Source: an uncultured Candidatus Bathyarchaeia archaeon (lineage in GTDB: Archaea > Thermoproteota > Bathyarchaeia > Bathyarchaeales > Bathycorpusculaceae). From it: a stretch of DNA of 48,816 nucleotides. Location of the stretch: positions 1 to 48,816 of the forward strand of contig CAYVGZ010000004.1 of the NCBI GenBank assembly GCA_964450845.1, written 5' to 3'. A model generated the notes under the pieces. The model saw only the letters and a program-made list of their open reading frames with translations, was not told the DNA's origin and searched no databases. The stretch's first letter is position 1. Each line of letters begins with the position of its first letter. Positions 45,616-48,816 of this stretch are shown here, one piece after another. Made by a program: the position numbers and the translations under genes.

Positions 45616-47400
45616 TTACTTGCTATCGATTCCTTGAAGACTTGTGATAGGCATAAAGGTCTTCTGCTTGCGAACAAGCATTGCGTCAGCGACCCTTTTT
45701 AGGGCTTTCATGTAAGCTGCAATGCGCATGTTTACCTTGTATTCCTCAGCAACTGCCAAAACTTCTTTGAATGCAGTGACTATTGTATTTTGCAGTTTGT
45801 TACGTACCTCTTCTTCTGACCAATAGTAGTTCATTTGGTTTTGAACCTGTTCGAAGTAACTCACAATTACGCCACCTGAATTTGCCAAGATGTCTGGTAT
45901 TACGAAGACACCATTTCTGAACAATATTTCATCCGCCTGCGGCGTAGTCGGTCCATTTGCGCCTTCGGCTACTATCTTTGATTTTATTTTGTCCGCATTC
46001 GCGCCTGTGATCTGATTTTCCAATGCTGCAGGCACAAGGATGTCGCACTCTAATTCCAGTAGTTCTTCGTTGGTTAGGTGCTTGCAGTTTTCGTAGCCAA
46101 CGACAGAACCCTTTTCGTTTTTGTGTTCTAGGACTTTTGTTGGGTCTAATCCGTGCGAACTGTAAATCCCGCCTTTGGAGTCAGAGATCGCCACGATCTT
46201 GCACCCAAGTTCATGGAGCAATCTTGCTGCATGGTATCCTACGTTTCCGAATCCTTGAACTGCAACAGTTGCTCCTTTAAGCTCTATACCTAGGTGTCTT
46301 GCAGCTTCAATGACAGTGTACATTACACCTCTTGAGGTTGCCTCGTTCCTCCCAAGCGAACCGCCTATACATACTGGTTTTCCTGTAACTACCCCAAAAG
46401 TATTGCAGCCGACTATCTGGCTGTATTCATCCATTATCCACGCCATCGTTTGCGCGTCCGTGTAAACATCTGGTGCTGGCACGTCAGAATATGGACCGAT
46501 GAATCTTGCTAATGCACGTGTGTAACCTCGTGTTAGCCTTTCCAACTCTCCGGGCGACATTTCTTTTGGATTGCAGCGTATTCCTCCTTTGCTGCCCCCG
46601 AGAGGTAGCCCTACAACGGCAGTTTTCCATGTCATCCATGCAGACAGCGCTATGACCTCGTCCAGCGTTAGTTCAGGGTGATATCTTATGCCACCTTTTG
46701 TCGGACCCAATGCATCGTTGTATTGCACCCGGTAGCCTGTAAAGATTCGTATGCTTCCATCATCCATTGTCACTGGAATATTGACGATAATAGTCCTCAT
46801 TGGACGTTTGAGCATTTCATGTATTCCCTGATCTAGTTTCAGCTTCTCTCCAGCGATTTGTAAAAGTTCAAGGACGGCTTTGTAAGGATTTGGCGTTATT
46901 ATTACGGGTGCCAGCGTTTCCAGTCTAATCGATAATGCTGTTCGCGTTTTCTCCATGAGGTTTCGGAAGCTTTCTCTGACGAATTCGCCGTTTCCTTCGG
47001 GAGCCCCAAAGAACCATTTATAAGCTTCTATTATTGATTCTGACCTATTTGCCACGAAACCACTTGTGGGCGTCATTTTAGGATTTGGCGAGAAGTAGTC
47101 AACTAGCACACGAAGCATGTTGATTTCTTCGGGAGACATCGCATACGATTTCTTGAGCGGATATGGAGCTTCTACATGAATGTATTCTGCTTCATTAATT
47201 TTCCTTTCAAGTTCCTCAAAGGTCTTCCATGCATCAGCTTCAGGAATGCCAAAATTCTCTGAGTATGCTATTATCAACGCGTAATGGGCTGTCGTGTAAC
47301 TTTCAATTTTTGCGACCAGTTCAGGCTTTTCCGCAAAAAAATCAGCCATCAATTTCAGCATTTCTAGCTCTGAACTAGTAAGTTCAACAGCACTTAACAT
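45616..47400 (-). CDS. gdhA: Glutamate dehydrogenase (Glu/Leu/Phe/Val family) with a ~170-aa N-terminal extension
   Basis: GPTKGGIRYHP, MTWK, GGSKGG, DVPAPD, TGKP, QGFGNVG, EGANGP, PDILANSGGV.VSY. Confidence 0.92.
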   Translation of the reverse strand: MLSAVELTSSELEMLKLMADFFAEKPELVAKIESYTTAHYALIIAYSENFGIPEADAWKTFEELERKINEAEYIHVEAPYPLKKSYAMSPEEINMLRVLVDYFSPNPKMTPTSGFVANRSESIIEAYKWFFGAPEGNGEFVRESFRNLMEKTRTALSIRLETLAPVIITPNPYKAVLELLQIAGEKLKLDQGIHEMLKRPMRTIIVNIPVTMDDGSIRIFTGYRVQYNDALGPTKGGIRYHPELTLDEVIALSAWMTWKTAVVGLPLGGSKGGIRCNPKEMSPGELERLTRGYTRALARFIGPYSDVPAPDVYTDAQTMAWIMDEYSQIVGCNTFGVVTGKPVCIGGSLGRNEATSRGVMYTVIEAARHLGIELKGATVAVQGFGNVGYHAARLLHELGCKIVAISDSKGGIYSSHGLDPTKVLEHKNEKGSVVGYENCKHLTNEELLELECDILVPAALENQITGANADKIKSKIVAEGANGPTTPQADEILFRNGVFVIPDILANSGGVIVSYFEQVQNQMNYYWSEEEVRNKLQNTIVTAFKEVLAVAEEYKVNMRIAAYMKALKRVADAMLVRKQKTFMPITSLQGIDSK

Positions 47401-47453
47401 TTAGTCTTCATCTCCATTTTTTCCAAAGGGAAATTACAACTTGTCAACGGGCA

Positions 47454-47771
47454 TCACTCTCTATGAACTATTTTTATGCCTTTGAAGTTCAATGGGACTA
47501 CTTCAGTGACTTCCTCTTCAAACTTTAGTTCATATACATCTTTTGAACCGCACCTTTGGCACTCTCGCGCTTTCATTCTGCAAAATTGACATGCTTCCGA
47601 TTCCATACCGATTCGCAGGCACAGATCTTCCTTTCCATCCATATGTCCAATAATTAATCCAACAACTTCAATCCATGTTAATCCACAATTAGCGCACGCG
47701 AATCTTTTCTTTGTTAGCTCTTCAGTTAAGTCTCTGTTTTTTATTTCTTGAGATATTTCTTCTAGTTTCAT
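47454..47771 (-). CDS. Cys-rich hypothetical protein (three CxxC motifs)
   Basis: CANC, CQFC, CQRC plus one lone Cys in 105 aa; preceded by GGAGA. Confidence 0.72.
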   Translation of the reverse strand: MKLEEISQEIKNRDLTEELTKKRFACANCGLTWIEVVGLIIGHMDGKEDLCLRIGMESEACQFCRMKARECQRCGSKDVYELKFEEEVTEVVPLNFKGIKIVHRE

Positions 47772-48020
47772 TTCAATCTCTCCTTATAGATTCATAAATA
47801 TTCCGAGGTATTTAAGGATTCTGTCAGATTTTATCTCTAAATATCGGACGTTGTAAGATAAATCTATTTAAGAATGCGACAACAGACCTAATGCGTGCGC
47901 TATATATGGCGACTTTGCTTGCCTAATCAGACATTACAAGATTTCAAAGAGAAAATGGTATAATTTAAAAGCTCTAGTTGCATATTTTTCGGATAAGAAG
48001 GTGCGAACACGACTTCCAAA

Positions 48021-48488
48021 ATGAAGATTGACGAGATTGATATAAGCATTATTAGAGCTTTACAGAAGGATGCGCGCACAAACTTTGCAGACATCGCAAA
48101 GGAATGCAAAGTGTCTTTGGACACAATAAGCAAAAGGTTCAGTAGAATGAAGCGAGCCGGCGTTGCCAGAGGGACAACAATACTGTTGAACCCTAAAAAC
48201 TTTGGCTATGATTGCGTTGCAAGTTTTGCAATTCGTGTCGACTACCTACATGTCGAAGATGTTGTTGACTTTGTTGGAAAGATGCCGGAAGTAGTTTTTT
48301 CCACTCCATCTATGGGCAGATACAACATATTCGCTATAGCAATACTGAAGAATGTTGGTAGGTTAGGTCAAGTGAAAGAATCCATACAAGGACATCCCAT
48401 GGTCAGAGAGGTTGCCGCCAGCATCTGGGTCGATGAGATTTTATTATGCCCAGAAAACTTTGAATTCGAACACCTAAAAAAGAAGTGA
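48021..48488 (+). CDS. Lrp/AsnC family transcriptional regulator
   Basis: IDEIDISIIRALQKDART.FADIAK..VS..T...R HTH followed by a RAM domain. Confidence 0.93.
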   Translation: MKIDEIDISIIRALQKDARTNFADIAKECKVSLDTISKRFSRMKRAGVARGTTILLNPKNFGYDCVASFAIRVDYLHVEDVVDFVGKMPEVVFSTPSMGRYNIFAIAILKNVGRLGQVKESIQGHPMVREVAASIWVDEILLCPENFEFEHLKKK

Positions 48489-48494
48489 TAAGGA

Positions 48495-48816
48495 ATGGAT
48501 GAAATAGACCTTGCTATAATTGGCAAGCTAATTGATGATGCGCGCACGTCTTTCAGAAAGATTGCGAAAGAACTGGGCATCTCGCCCGACACGGTGATGC
48601 ACAGATACGCTGCACTGCAAAAAGAGGGGACAATTCGAGGATCCACAATTGTGATTAACCCAAAGGAAATTGGATATCAAGCCATGGCCGTATTTGTGAT
48701 TGACACCTCGCCTGCACATATCTTGGGGATTCAGGCTACTCCTGCCGATTCAGCGCTGATCCTAGAAAAGCTGATTCGTATGCCAAACATAATCGTAGCT
48801 GCAAAGAGTATTGGGG
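48495..48816 (+). CDS. Second Lrp/AsnC family regulator (partial; absent from the ORF track)
   Basis: Manual translation from ATG at 48495: MDEIDLAIIGKLIDDARTSFRKIAKELGISPDTVMHRYAALQKEGTIRGSTIVINPKEIGY; runs off the window edge. Confidence 0.92.
   Translation, partial: MDEIDLAIIGKLIDDARTSFRKIAKELGISPDTVMHRYAALQKEGTIRGSTIVINPKEIGYQAMAVFVIDTSPAHILGIQATPADSALILEKLIRMPNIIVAAKSIG

Noticed and set aside
1-48816. CRISPR arrays, rRNA, transposases, integrases or defence systems
   Set aside because: I saw no regularly spaced repeats or diagnostic motifs by eye; weak elements could have been missed without tools.

Overview
Archaeal chromosomal window, most likely Bathyarchaeia (TACK). This is inferred from the gene content (TackOD1-like protein, SMC-ScpA-ScpB, Fe-S-bearing RpoD, no RNase J in the isoprenoid cluster), not from a marker-gene tree. 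Left to right: (1) 1-5.2 kb, a strongly strand-skewed glycosylation island (GT2, GT4, Dol-P-sugar synthase-like GT2, a GT-C-like membrane protein, membrane GT2); (2) 5.2-7.6 kb, small hypothetical and Zn-finger genes, a V4R-like remnant and a TackOD1-like protein; (3) 7.6-13.2 kb, a type IV pilus operon whose 611-aa pilin has nested domain insertions; (4) hexulose-phosphate isomerase, an eL41-like micro-ORF missing from the ORF track, and an ECF module; (5) the proteasome-exosome superoperon; (6) a flavodiiron/PAS/HTH redox cassette; (7) smc-scpA-scpB, rps8e, srp19; (8) the conserved rps13-rps4-rps11-rpoD-rpl18e-rpl13-rps9-rpoN-eno-rps2-MEMO1-mvk-ipk-fni-idsA-gltX cluster; (9) a glutamate dehydrogenase with a ~170-aa N-terminal extension built from two copies of a module I do not recognise, next to a Cys-rich protein and two divergent Lrp/AsnC regulators. 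The best novelty candidates are the extended GDH locus and the nested giant pilin. I saw no rRNA, tRNA, CRISPR array or transposase. All family assignments come from motif recognition by eye; no searches were run.
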